Shown: piece after piece, positions 11,301 through 19,660 of the stretch
How the letters are laid out: each line of letters begins with the position of its first letter
How positions within the stretch are numbered: the stretch's first letter is position 1
Assembly (NCBI GenBank): GCA_045614365.1
Contig: JAZLCV010000207.1
Location: 1-56,089, forward strand
Length of the DNA stretch: 56,089 nt
Origin: Eubacteriales bacterium
Lineage (GTDB): Bacteria > Bacillota > Clostridia > Oscillospirales > JAAYXM01
Direction: 5' to 3'
The notes under the pieces: generated by a model
The model's database searches: none
What the model was told of the DNA's origin: nothing
What the model saw: only the letters and a program-made list of their open reading frames with translations
Made by a program: the position numbers and the translations under genes

Positions 11301-14241
11301 CAATTGATTCGAGAACAGGCTCGGGAAGAATGCTGATATCGGCATAGCCGGTAACAACGTTATTGTCCCAGTCCGTAACATCGGCATAGATTTTAGCATT
11401 TCCCGCTTTTACACCTGTTATTTCGCCTGTCTCCTCATCAACAGTTGCAATCTTATCATCACTGCTTCTGTATTTTACCGAGTAATCATAAACATATTCT
11501 TTAAAGTCGGTTGAACGGGTAAGTGATAGCTTTGTTTCTGTTTTTCTTGTTGCAGGAAGAGTGTCATCCCCAAAAGAAAGACCAACCTTATGTAATATCG
11601 GCTTTGCAATAATTTCAACAGGAATTGTATCTGTTACCTCTTCACCGTCAATTAAAGCCGTTACTTTAATGTTGGTTGTTCCGGTTTCTTTTCCTGTTAC
11701 AGTGAAGAAAACATTCTCCGTATCTCCTATTTCGGAAATTACCACATCGCCGACTTCAGCAATCGATTTATCCTCTGCTTCAATGCTCTTTATATCGTTC
11801 AATGTATCTTTTTTTCCATTATTAAGAAGTCCGAAATGTCGGTTTGAGCCATCTGACATAACAACAGAAAGCGAAGCTCTTTCAGAGTCTCCCACCGGAA
11901 CCATTGCAGACAGGTTTGAAGTCACATGGTCAAATACCGGAGCTTCATTTTCTTCAAGCGGCGTGAATGAGATATAATAAGGAACAAAATATGCATCGGT
12001 ATTCTGATTATTCCTGCGTGCGCGGAAGGATATTTCAACATCTCCGTACGGAAGGTAAATAGTATTCAGGCTTTTGGTAACGGTATAAAGCGATCTTCCC
12101 GAATCGGTCGCATTATAATCATTAAAGATAAAGTCGCCTGCATACTGTCCGTTTACGTAGATTGAATAATCAGCCGATTGATTAAGCCTTACGCCGGTAA
12201 AATCAACTTTATAATAGCCGGAAGCCAATATTTTTCGCTTAATTGTAAACTGTGCAGCTTTTTTTGTCGGCCACAGCCCCGAACCCGTAGAAAGCTGAAC
12301 AAAATATTTTGTGCCGATAAATCGTGGAGTGTATCTTGATGTTTTTGAGCTTGTCATTTTTCCGCTATCTAAAACAAGTTCAAATCCGTCGGTTTCCCAC
12401 GCCTCCGATGGTGCGGTTTTATCGTCAAATTTTATTGTGCTCTGTGTCATTTCAATTTGGACCGGAGATGGCTCTACAGCCTCCGTAATCTCCATCGTGT
12501 GAGTGTAATAATAGGGATTTGCTTCAAAAACCGTAGTAAACAGAAAGCTCGCCTCGCCGGCTTTCTTAGTCACAAGAGTTGCTGTGATTACGCCATCGTT
12601 AACAGCAATATCTGTAATCTCTGCAATATCGGGATTCTGTGAGGTTACAGTAATTCCATCTCTGTCTATTGAAGGAACAAATATATAATCATCGGTCTGA
12701 AGCATATATACCGATACCGGAATGGAATTCTCTGCTACTTCTGAAGCTGAAAGATTGTGAACTATACTGCCGTATTCCGGTTTCACATACGGCTTTACCG
12801 TAAGCTTTGCAGGGCGCACAGCAAAGCCGTTAGTAGGCTCTGTTGTTTCCCTTGCAACAAAAACGAGAGTATAGTCTCCGGCGTTTGTATTTTCAAATAC
12901 CGCCTTGATTTTTTTGCTTCCCGGATTAGTTGTGCTGTAAAAATTAACATTTTTAAAGACAGGTGCTGCCGAAGCAATTGCAGAAGAAATATTTTTCGCA
13001 ACGCCCGGGATTAGATATACATCCGCAACGGTGCCCGCCGCCGAGCTTACAATATAATTCAGCTCAACGCTATGCTTTCCTTCCGCAGGGAAATAAATTT
13101 TATATGCAGCATATTTGCCCGGGGAAAGGTTGTAAAATGCCCCCGCCCCTTCAAAGTTATACTTAGTTGTATTTGTGCTTGACGTTCCAAGCCATTCAAT
13201 CAACCCGGCGGTATTTTCATAGGTAAAATCAGCCGGTGTGGAAATTCCCGGCCACGAAGAGGAGGCGAAGGATATATCAAATTCATATGGCTCGGGTATT
13301 TCAACAACAGAAAACGGGTGTATGACATCTGTGGTTTCACCGTCAACAGTGGCTTTAAACTGAATATCCACATTGCCTGTTGTCTTTGTTTTTATCTTCG
13401 CTGTGTATACACCGTTTACATATGTTCCACCGATAATTTCTGCAACATCGGAATCACTGACGGAAACCTGAAGCCCATCCCCCTCTTTTTCCGGAATGAA
13501 AATTTCTCTTGGCGTATTTATCTGCGCAGAAAATTCAATTTCCTTACCAACGAACGCCGTATCTTCAAGGTTGTGTACAACTTCTTCGAAAACAGGTACT
13601 ACATAAGGCTTAAAGGTAAGACTTTTCGGGGTTGTGCATTGGCTTCCATCTTTACTTCTGCGAATAAAAACAATGATGTACTCTCCGGCTTCTTTCATCG
13701 TAACGCGCTTGCTGACTTTTCCGCTTCCGGCAGTAGCCGAATACATATTTACATCAGCAAAGAACGGAACATTTGCGGCATTGTTGATTTCATCCTTGAT
13801 TGTAGTTGTTCCCGCAATAAGCTCGGCCGCTTTTGACGGGTCAAAAAGATACATTTCAACGTCCTGCGTTCCGGCAGAATGTTCGGCATAATCAAGAGTG
13901 ATGGTGTATTCGCCTTTCTCTATGCCCTTTATTTTATAAGCAGCATAATTATAATGCTTGCTAAGATATCCCCACTGATACATACTAAATCTCGGAGAGG
14001 AAGATGCCCCATCCCATGCCAGAAAATCATTAGATGTTGAGTGAGAATAATTGCAATCAAAATATTCTAAGTTTCCGTTTCCTTTAGAATAAGAAAATTT
14101 GGTTGCATCTGATATGTTGTTATTATCCTTTTTCAAGAATGAAAAGACGAGCGTTTCCCGCGTATCTGCAGCAAGAGATATTGCCGGCAGAAGCCCGCAA
14201 AGCAAGCTCAGTGCAAGAATTGTTGAAATAATTCTTTTCAT
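5329..14241 (-). CDS. Giant (2970 aa) secreted, SLH-anchored multi-module protein with a heparinase II/III-type polysaccharide-lyase core.
   Basis: - Signal peptide MKRIISTILALSLLCGLLPAISLAAD.
- Four repeated ~170-190-aa beta-sandwich-like modules.
- Big_2-like repeats (YRSSDDKIATVDEETGEITGVKAGNAKIYA; YESSDEAVATIDANGLVRGISEGEANITV).
- Lyase core with HGHLDTLNLGL..DHGYP..INHNTVLVN.
- He_PIG-like Ig domain (LPRGASIDGATGTVTWKP).
- G/P/T-rich linker.
- Three C-terminal SLH repeats (FADLSNHTWASDAINKL.., FADVSASDYFAAELAIA.., YADFTIVAEYAKPAVSAL..). Confidence 0.9.
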   Translation of the reverse strand: MKRIISTILALSLLCGLLPAISLAADTRETLVFSFLKKDNNNISDATKFSYSKGNGNLEYFDCNYSHSTSNDFLAWDGASSSPRFSMYQWGYLSKHYNYAAYKIKGIEKGEYTITLDYAEHSAGTQDVEMYLFDPSKAAELIAGTTTIKDEINNAANVPFFADVNMYSATAGSGKVSKRVTMKEAGEYIIVFIRRSKDGSQCTTPKSLTFKPYVVPVFEEVVHNLEDTAFVGKEIEFSAQINTPREIFIPEKEGDGLQVSVSDSDVAEIIGGTYVNGVYTAKIKTKTTGNVDIQFKATVDGETTDVIHPFSVVEIPEPYEFDISFASSSWPGISTPADFTYENTAGLIEWLGTSSTNTTKYNFEGAGAFYNLSPGKYAAYKIYFPAEGKHSVELNYIVSSAAGTVADVYLIPGVAKNISSAIASAAPVFKNVNFYSTTNPGSKKIKAVFENTNAGDYTLVFVARETTEPTNGFAVRPAKLTVKPYVKPEYGSIVHNLSASEVAENSIPVSVYMLQTDDYIFVPSIDRDGITVTSQNPDIAEITDIAVNDGVITATLVTKKAGEASFLFTTVFEANPYYYTHTMEITEAVEPSPVQIEMTQSTIKFDDKTAPSEAWETDGFELVLDSGKMTSSKTSRYTPRFIGTKYFVQLSTGSGLWPTKKAAQFTIKRKILASGYYKVDFTGVRLNQSADYSIYVNGQYAGDFIFNDYNATDSGRSLYTVTKSLNTIYLPYGDVEISFRARRNNQNTDAYFVPYYISFTPLEENEAPVFDHVTSNLSAMVPVGDSERASLSVVMSDGSNRHFGLLNNGKKDTLNDIKSIEAEDKSIAEVGDVVISEIGDTENVFFTVTGKETGTTNIKVTALIDGEEVTDTIPVEIIAKPILHKVGLSFGDDTLPATRKTETKLSLTRSTDFKEYVYDYSVKYRSSDDKIATVDEETGEITGVKAGNAKIYADVTDWDNNVVTGYADISILPEPVLESIELDVNTSLLVGDSSQLSVKPVMDDGLEGNIADYELSYESSDEAVATIDANGLVRGISEGEANITVIAIKENGNRCSKVIKVYVYDEITPLVIDFSQTVLGSNSKVPEATPGYTIKTSISSNANFKIYNCGGKNMLQVYSGGNIWPITSTRFVNAAFAIEIDARVEGDYALSFEGGIFYVNSNYSVFVNGQYAGDYKFRDPKPVTYRDIGEVKTLNSVHLNEGKNEIIIAARDKVEGETPYMLLRQMTFTPLGFDVDFGKIDVDVPEVISVGESIDLSAYVFMNDESLRHFGPSYSGTLVDEKNRVVLSDAKNLVSVNAHTPGILADGKNDFTITGKAPGETVLTFTVYIDGKESIKEFPVEVVSEPLVSTGARVEAKTLYAGDASRLIATPKLLNGHIIDAASAINSFESLTPEIADITGDDANILQTYKAGTAKIKVTSTFNGVTVDDVVEIGIEEAGFTEFIVTAGGSERIRLTDKGCEDTVPIYITAYDNLGDELDTTDIIISATAKNPEYATVDSSNNRFVPVAEGNAYFDVTIELDGRVRTLEDVLIPVVYGKSRSTYYTAEEARIARENVKKYAWAEKNVASYVKSAENYLGQLDAIYAMIPSQGVPRSIATGQYNDPYGWSCRFCGINLMEEYGQFSWKHDPINRPWKVQCPDCKRLFPSNDFESFYELGLNEYGEFDRMHALEAHREMMLKKGLLDLSVTDPGVEHSKAWKEYYGYGIKGGFLYNELYTDLDEVKTLNGGEGLRDYETEETWGVDDSWGYIPADDEGKIHYFSNGEPERHTYIAEYVHFGLFRQEGATTGAVVQKAISTCANAYFYTGEVKYGRVAAILLDRLADFYKDYDLRPFGNLFANTDGGLNTGKMVGCIWECEEVARLATAYDMIYDVFDKDPYTVDYLRNKSKTIKMRHSKDTAAQIRTNIEDGYIRPALEGLRDCSVSGNFGLPQKANAICAVVLDSMPETAEWLDYLMAPGWVRSATQECRGGGVNEVLMDRIDADGQGDEASQYNRNWSSALIEIQEIFDNYDRYDKVNLFNNVKFVQLFYAYIPMMSTNYTPQIGDSGTTCGTGHWGNVSSARNGWEKLKDPLFAQVMYELNGRSSRGLFYDITVENPESLQDEVQEVIDTYGPLNQGSGAMTNFGLGILRDYGDYTDTNTTTAKDVSRDVWMYFGSNSGHGHLDTLNLGLTAFGLNMLPDHGYPKLTGSDPERMQWTRTTINHNTVLVNEEEQSENAETRGKMKHFDDDGQVKVMDVAADYVYKATRQYRRSLVMVRVNDDVSYTVDFFRVLGGDTHTYSLHATSNTISETDGLSLIPQVDASGEYVGTYAGKNVPFGKDSAKPAHPKGYTWLRNVDRDESPEDAFEVDFEIRDFKKNIKDSKGLHLRMMVLNGGNVARGASANVAIADGLPPQAAKNKEVDKLKYVLLENSGKNLDTVFTTVFEPYRTNRYLEASSELPIEVADGFESDGDASRAIKVVHVDGRVDYIFYATNNTVTYKVTDEIAGESKDILFRGFVGVYTVNGDGENIYKYVHDGDIIGKPEVVSTATVEGVVKDFTKEISTDNKITLIPERDLTDEEIEDISDRYIFIDNGDLTRSGTFRIYDAEQSGEDIVLSVGKISPIRRNKDSFNTELGYIYTIAEGQTARIPATYSEDFAPYFDPISSSLSVSAGSSISVPLKANSDLGKSVTYSGNTLPRGASIDGATGTVTWKPDSSQVGRNHFAVTATDESGRQSTVHFYITVYGSTTGGSKNEETGTTDTPPAGGGGGGASPTPEDSSKDDAGDVSSDVPQDNTDASDSTNAGNGENIAPQFADLSNHTWASDAINKLATAGIIKGTSEITFSPANNITRADFALLLVRAFDLKSDNTENFADVSASDYFAAELAIARNNGIVGGIGENKFAPRNSVTRQDMMVIVYRALQKLNVELGIDDEPKYADFTIVAEYAKPAVSALIGAGIVNGKNNLIAPTDYTTRAEVAVLIKRILDYIK

Positions 14242-14396
14242 AAGTTTCCTCCGATAATCACGAATGCTTGCACATTCAGGTTCACTTTTTGCGTATTTTT
14301 CTTGTTGTTATCCCCAAAAACCTCAAGAAAACTTTTCCCTTTGGGATAATTTGAGGAGGGTGAACGCCGTCCATCCTCCCCCAGTTGTTACTCTAA

Positions 14397-16286
14397 TTAA
14401 TCTAAATCTGCGTACAATACTTTGTATTCATCACCTGATTTGCAAATCAGGTATCCACGTGCTTTTGTGGCACTTGTTGCACCTTCGTGCGGCTGTGCAG
14501 TAAACTGGCCTGTATATCTCTTTGCTGCAGCCTTGTAACCGTTAGTGCTTCCGATATTCACGTTTCCATCACCGAAGAGAATACCTGCTTCGATAAGCTC
14601 GTAATCTCCTTCATCGTATGTAAGGAAATAATTTCCGTCTACCTTATCAAGAACGAGAACAGGTGCTTTTGTCATTGCTTCTCCAGTTACTTCCGTAAGC
14701 GTGATATTGCCGTAAACATCAAAGGTATAATCCTTTTCATAGCTTACAACCTTATCTCCAAGCTTCCAGCAGGAAAAGTTTTCACTGCCGTTTACCGTTA
14801 CGCTCTCGCCGTACTTTACGTTGCTTGCAATGGTTGTTTCACCATTCTTAACGGTAAAGGTTGTGTTTGCATCCTCATAAATTGCAACCGCGCGGGTAAG
14901 TGCCGTTATAAGATCAGTATCTTCTATTGCAACATTTGCATTCTTATCGCTCCAGTGGCTGAACTCAAAGCCCGTGAGTGTCGGCTTTGCAGGAACATTT
15001 GCAGCCGTCTTTGCAGCGCCAAATGTTGTGTTCTTAGCAACGCTTGCATTTCCGAGCGGGAGTCCGTTTCCGTTGTAGAAGTATACCGGAATTGCATCAT
15101 CTGTCGGTATCTTATCAAACACCGCGATAACGCCCATATTTGTATTTACCTTAAAGGTTTCGGTTGCACTTGTTGAGAGCACAACGCCCGCTGCATTCTT
15201 CCAGTATGCAAATGTGTAACCGGCGTTCGGTGTTGCTGTAACCGTAACGTCAGTGCCGATTGTTACTTCCTGAACAGCAGCATCCGAAACACTTCCGCCC
15301 TCGTATGCGCTTGCCTTGAAGTTTACTGTTGTGTCTGCTATTGCTTCTTCCTCGGGAAGTACAGTCGGTTTTACTACGTTTACCGTCGCTTCATACGTAT
15401 CTTCACCATATGTAACAGTAATTGTAGTCGGGCCAGTCTTTATTGCCTTTATATTTCCAAGCTCATCAATCGTGATAGACGGATCAGCAGAAAGTTCATA
15501 ATCCACAAAGCTGTTCAGCATTTTCTGAGTTGTTGTCGTTGTTCCTTCAATCCATGTTGCATTAACAGTTGCCTTTGCTGTTTCTCCAACTTCAAGAACC
15601 GGGTCATCTACCGCAAGAGAAATAGCGGGGTTAATAGGTACGAGATTTAATTCTTTAAAATATCTGTTTTTATCTATATTAAGAGTATCTATAACAAACA
15701 GAAGATCGCTGATACCATTGGAATAAACTATACCGTCAGTTTTCACCATACTTAAATCAACATAATCCTTGGTGGTGTTTCCTACATGACCGGTTTGCGA
15801 ATAAAACTTTGACGCACCACTCTTTATTGGATCTTCCAGATAATTATCAACATCCACTACTCCGCCGTCATACTTATTGAGATAAAGCTGTACCGAAAAT
15901 CTTCCTTTACTTTCAACTCTGTAGAATCCTACATTTTCAGGAGCCTTAAGAATAAAAGCTATCTTTATAGGTTTAGTAAGTGTATAAGTAGGAGAATTAT
16001 TATCACTCCTTTTCATAAGTAAATCATTGGCATTCAACTGCATAATACGATGATTCCCATTTGCCTCTGAAAGAGCATTATTATCTATATCTTTAAAATA
16101 CCATCCATGATTGCCAAAATTTTTGACACCATCAACACCTCCTCCTGAAGCAACTCCAGCTGCGCTTGCAGAAAAGTAATAAGTTTTTGTTCCCTCCACC
16201 TCTGCAAATACCGCAGGCATAAGCGATACCGCGATGCAGATTGCAACAAATGCTGCCGACATTCTCTTAAAAATCTTGTTTTTCAT
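14397..16286 (-). CDS. Secreted accessory protein (~629 aa): N-terminal module, Big_2-like domain and InlB-B-type (Listeria-Bacteroides) repeats.
   Basis: The ATG at 16286 is preferred over the GTG at 16298 because AAGGAG lies upstream. Signal peptide AAFVAICIAVSLMPAVFAE. Repeat signatures GYTFAYWKN and GFEFSHWSD. No anchor motif. It is a paralog of 39957-41909. Confidence 0.8.
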   Translation of the reverse strand: MKNKIFKRMSAAFVAICIAVSLMPAVFAEVEGTKTYYFSASAAGVASGGGVDGVKNFGNHGWYFKDIDNNALSEANGNHRIMQLNANDLLMKRSDNNSPTYTLTKPIKIAFILKAPENVGFYRVESKGRFSVQLYLNKYDGGVVDVDNYLEDPIKSGASKFYSQTGHVGNTTKDYVDLSMVKTDGIVYSNGISDLLFVIDTLNIDKNRYFKELNLVPINPAISLAVDDPVLEVGETAKATVNATWIEGTTTTTQKMLNSFVDYELSADPSITIDELGNIKAIKTGPTTITVTYGEDTYEATVNVVKPTVLPEEEAIADTTVNFKASAYEGGSVSDAAVQEVTIGTDVTVTATPNAGYTFAYWKNAAGVVLSTSATETFKVNTNMGVIAVFDKIPTDDAIPVYFYNGNGLPLGNASVAKNTTFGAAKTAANVPAKPTLTGFEFSHWSDKNANVAIEDTDLITALTRAVAIYEDANTTFTVKNGETTIASNVKYGESVTVNGSENFSCWKLGDKVVSYEKDYTFDVYGNITLTEVTGEAMTKAPVLVLDKVDGNYFLTYDEGDYELIEAGILFGDGNVNIGSTNGYKAAAKRYTGQFTAQPHEGATSATKARGYLICKSGDEYKVLYADLD

Positions 16287-16466
16287 AATTTTTAACACTC
16301 CTTAAAACATAAATTATTTTATATATAAAGCATCCGCTTCAGGGACGCGAATTTCTAAAGCGGAAATTTCTATATCATCAGTTGCATACTAAAACAATAA
16401 ACATTACAACTTTTGAGCAATTCCCACACGGTGTATTACCTCATAAGAGTAGCTTGAATATAAAGT

Positions 16467-17120
16467 TCAGTTTTTAACAACGAAATAACCTACCCTTTCC
16501 TGCAAAATTTTGCTGTCATGAAACAGCAGAGGAATGTATTTGCTTTTTCTGTATTCTGCGATGAATTTCCCGCTCGCTTCTTCGTTATGGGATGAACCTG
16601 TGCAAATCCCATCCGTCAAGCATTTTTCATAATAACATTCATCACCGCACAGCACATAGTTATCTGCTAAAACGATACAAGAACCAAGGGAATGTCCCGC
16701 GATTTTCTTTATAATTAAATTCTCCGATAACGTAAATTCATCATCAATCAAATGAACATCAAAGCTTGCCGAAATATACTCTCTTGCCGCATCATATTCA
16801 TCCTTTTGAATGTGTATGACGGCATTTTTATAATATCCAATGGCTTCTATGTGGTCGTGGTGTGAATGAGTAATGATAACATCAGTAATATCATCCGGAG
16901 AAAGACCGTATTCCTTTAATACATCAACCGGCTTTTTGAAGATTGACATCTTAAAGCCTGCACCGTCGTCACAGCCTACATCAACAAGAATATTTTTGTT
17001 TTCGGTTTGTATCAGATAAATTGTGAACGTAATCGGCAAAAGAACATCTTTTCTGCCACCTTTAAAAATATAATTTTCTCCGAATACGGATTCTCCGTAC
17101 TTTAATGCTATAATCTTCAT
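16467..17120 (-). CDS. MBL-fold metallo-hydrolase (possible lactonase), 217 aa.
   Basis: HxHxDH motif (THSHHDHIEA). Its start overlaps the upstream gene's stop (ATGA at 17117-17120). Confidence 0.8.
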   Translation of the reverse strand: MKIIALKYGESVFGENYIFKGGRKDVLLPITFTIYLIQTENKNILVDVGCDDGAGFKMSIFKKPVDVLKEYGLSPDDITDVIITHSHHDHIEAIGYYKNAVIHIQKDEYDAAREYISASFDVHLIDDEFTLSENLIIKKIAGHSLGSCIVLADNYVLCGDECYYEKCLTDGICTGSSHNEEASGKFIAEYRKSKYIPLLFHDSKILQERVGYFVVKN

Positions 17121-18094
17121 TGTACCTTAAGTACTACCTTACCTATGTTTTCACCACGGTAAAGAATATCGTGTGCCTCTTCAGCTTCTGTAATCGGAAG
17201 AACCTTATATACGGTAGGCTTTATCTCGCCGTTTGCAACCTTTTCCCAAACCTCACTGACAAGCTTTGAGAGGATTTCAGCTTTCATTTGGGGAGTACGT
17301 GAACGAAGCGTGCTGCCAACAATTCTGATGTTCTTTTTGTAAATATTTTTAAGGTTAATGGTTGTGTTCTCTCCTGCAAGAGCCGCAATTACTATCCAAC
17401 GGCATCCATATTTTACATAAGGCAGACAATCCCCAAGATTCTGACCGCCCAGACAGTCGATAGCAATATCAATTGCGCGCCCTGCGAGCTCTTCATTTTT
17501 GAGGACCTCCGGAAGACTTTGCTCCTTCGTGTTTACAACAATATCCGCACCAAGGTGCTTTATATTTTCAGGATCAGTGATAACACTTGTTACAACCCTG
17601 AGACCGAAAGCTTTTGCCATAGGGATGACAACACTGGCAAGTCCGCTTGCTCCTGCCTGCATAAGCAACGTATCTCCAGCTTTAGCATGTCCTTCAACAA
17701 ACAGCTTCAGATATGCAGTTGCAAACGCTTCAGGAATTGCCGCCGCCTCTGCCATGGTGCAGTTTTTCGGCACAGGCATACACATATCATACTTGACAGA
17801 AACAAATTCCGCATAACCGCCACCACCAAGTAGTGCACAAACTTTATCGCCGATTTTGTAATTTGATTTTTCTTTTGCACCATCTGTCATTTCAACAATT
17901 TCGCCTGAAACTTCAAGCCCCATCCATTCCGGACAGCCGGGAGGCGGTGGATAGTCACCCTCTCTTTGCATAAGGTCTGCACGATTCAGGGCCGCATATT
18001 CAACCTTTACCAGAACTTCATCTTCTGAAAGAACAGGATTCGGAACCTCATCCCATCTTAAGCTTTTATCATCGTTTACAAGTATTGCTTTCAT
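17117..18094 (-). CDS. NAD(P)H:quinone oxidoreductase-like medium-chain dehydrogenase/reductase (325 aa).
   Basis: Zeta-crystallin/PIG3-like features: NRADLMQREGDYPPPPG and the GASGLAS nucleotide motif. It is translationally coupled on both sides. Confidence 0.85.
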   Translation of the reverse strand: MKAILVNDDKSLRWDEVPNPVLSEDEVLVKVEYAALNRADLMQREGDYPPPPGCPEWMGLEVSGEIVEMTDGAKEKSNYKIGDKVCALLGGGGYAEFVSVKYDMCMPVPKNCTMAEAAAIPEAFATAYLKLFVEGHAKAGDTLLMQAGASGLASVVIPMAKAFGLRVVTSVITDPENIKHLGADIVVNTKEQSLPEVLKNEELAGRAIDIAIDCLGGQNLGDCLPYVKYGCRWIVIAALAGENTTINLKNIYKKNIRIVGSTLRSRTPQMKAEILSKLVSEVWEKVANGEIKPTVYKVLPITEAEEAHDILYRGENIGKVVLKVQ

Positions 18095-18900
18095 AATTTA
18101 CATCCTTTCTCTGTAATATCAGGCAAATAATCAAGATTATCCCGCACAGACTTTGCCGCTTTTATTGTAGGCTGAGTGGGAACAGCACGTTCATCATGCT
18201 CTCTCACTGCAAGATAAGAAACACAACCAAGACAAGGACCAATCATTCTATGAATTTTTGAATGAGTCCCGCCGGATAAGAACAAAAACGGAACCTTTAA
18301 CTCTTTTTTCAGTAGCGTTGTTATTCTTAAATTTTCCATTTGCTCTTCGTCAGAATTTGCTGCTGTTACAATTTTTACAATATCAGCGCCTCTCCGTTGT
18401 TGTTCATAAGCAATTCCCAAAACCGTTTCTGCCGAGACGAATTTCAAAACATGGGAGGACATTAAGGCTTCCTTTCCCATTTGATGGATTTTATCAATCA
18501 AGTCCATCTGCTTATCAATAGCAGATTGTTTCATAGAAAGCTCAAGCCCTACCCCAGCTTCGCTATCAGCGTCAAACCAGCTTGCCGGAACATCTCCAAG
18601 TGTTGCACCGCAGGATAGTGCCGCCAGAAGTCCGTCTGAAAGTTCTTCATCTGAAAATCCGCTGTTTTCATGCCCTCTGTAATTGGTTATATATATCGGA
18701 TGCCCGGAACACGCAGCAAATATCTTTTCGTAATTTTCTTCGCTTTTATATTCTTTTTTCAGACATTCGAGCTGTATGCCAAGACAGTCTGCTCCATCAT
18801 AGATGGAATTTTTAACTGCGAATCTTATGCTGTCGGGATTATCCTTCAATATCATGCCTGTAATCAATGGGCGATTTTGATTTAAAAACGTAGGCTTCAT
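18091..18900 (-). CDS. Type I 3-dehydroquinate dehydratase family protein (269 aa) in a non-shikimate context.
   Basis: Collinear by eye with AroD. SSHV aligns with the catalytic His region (SNHD). ADIVKIV aligns with the Schiff-base Lys motif (ADIPKIA). FLFLSGGTHSKIHRM aligns with ITMSMAKTGVISRL. Confidence 0.6.
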   Translation of the reverse strand: MKPTFLNQNRPLITGMILKDNPDSIRFAVKNSIYDGADCLGIQLECLKKEYKSEENYEKIFAACSGHPIYITNYRGHENSGFSDEELSDGLLAALSCGATLGDVPASWFDADSEAGVGLELSMKQSAIDKQMDLIDKIHQMGKEALMSSHVLKFVSAETVLGIAYEQQRRGADIVKIVTAANSDEEQMENLRITTLLKKELKVPFLFLSGGTHSKIHRMIGPCLGCVSYLAVREHDERAVPTQPTIKAAKSVRDNLDYLPDITEKGCKL

Positions 18901-18915
18901 ATGTCAGCACCCGCC

Positions 18916-19638
18916 TTAATTTTTCTTTCTGCAACCATCAATCTGATAATCCTGCCCTGAAATATATGCCGCCTTATCGCCGGCTAAAAAGCAAATCAAG
19001 TATGCATATTCTTCCAATCTTCCTGTTCTTCCCATATAGCATAGCTCTGTTTTTTCTTCTGCACCTTCGTTTCTCACACTTCCGGGAACAACATTGTTTA
19101 CTGTAATTCCTTTGTCAGCAACCTCTTTTGCCAGTGCTTTTGTAAACGAGCTTACTGCACCCTTCGTCATTGAATAATCAACCATATTCGCATTGCCGTA
19201 CACACCTGCAACTGAACCAATATTAATAATTCTGCCGTAAGAATTCTCTATCATATTCGGAAGAACTTCATGCGTAAAATACATCAAGCCCAAAACATTT
19301 ACGCCCAATCTTTTCTTCCATTCGTCGCTTGTTGTTTCCACAAACGGCTTCCACATTCTCCAAATTCCTGCGTTATTAACCAGAATATCTATTTTGCCAT
19401 ATTGTTCAATAATTTGCTGCGTTACCTCATGAACTCTATGTTCATCGCTCACATCACAAATGTACGATGTTACGTTTGCACCAATTGATTTAATTTCCTC
19501 GGCAAGTGCATCAAGCCCTTCGGCATTGACATCAACAATACATACATTTGCTCCGTTTCTTGCAAATTCCATGGCAGTAGCCTTGCCGATTCCGACAGAT
19601 GCGCCTGTAATTATGACGACTTTATTTTGAAATTTCAT
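18916..19638 (-). CDS. Short-chain dehydrogenase/reductase (240 aa).
   Basis: TGASVGIGKA cofactor motif, NNAG, and the catalytic YSMTK (YxxxK). Confidence 0.9.
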   Translation of the reverse strand: MKFQNKVVIITGASVGIGKATAMEFARNGANVCIVDVNAEGLDALAEEIKSIGANVTSYICDVSDEHRVHEVTQQIIEQYGKIDILVNNAGIWRMWKPFVETTSDEWKKRLGVNVLGLMYFTHEVLPNMIENSYGRIINIGSVAGVYGNANMVDYSMTKGAVSSFTKALAKEVADKGITVNNVVPGSVRNEGAEEKTELCYMGRTGRLEEYAYLICFLAGDKAAYISGQDYQIDGCRKKN

Positions 19639-19660
19639 AGCTAATCCTCCTCATTTTCCC

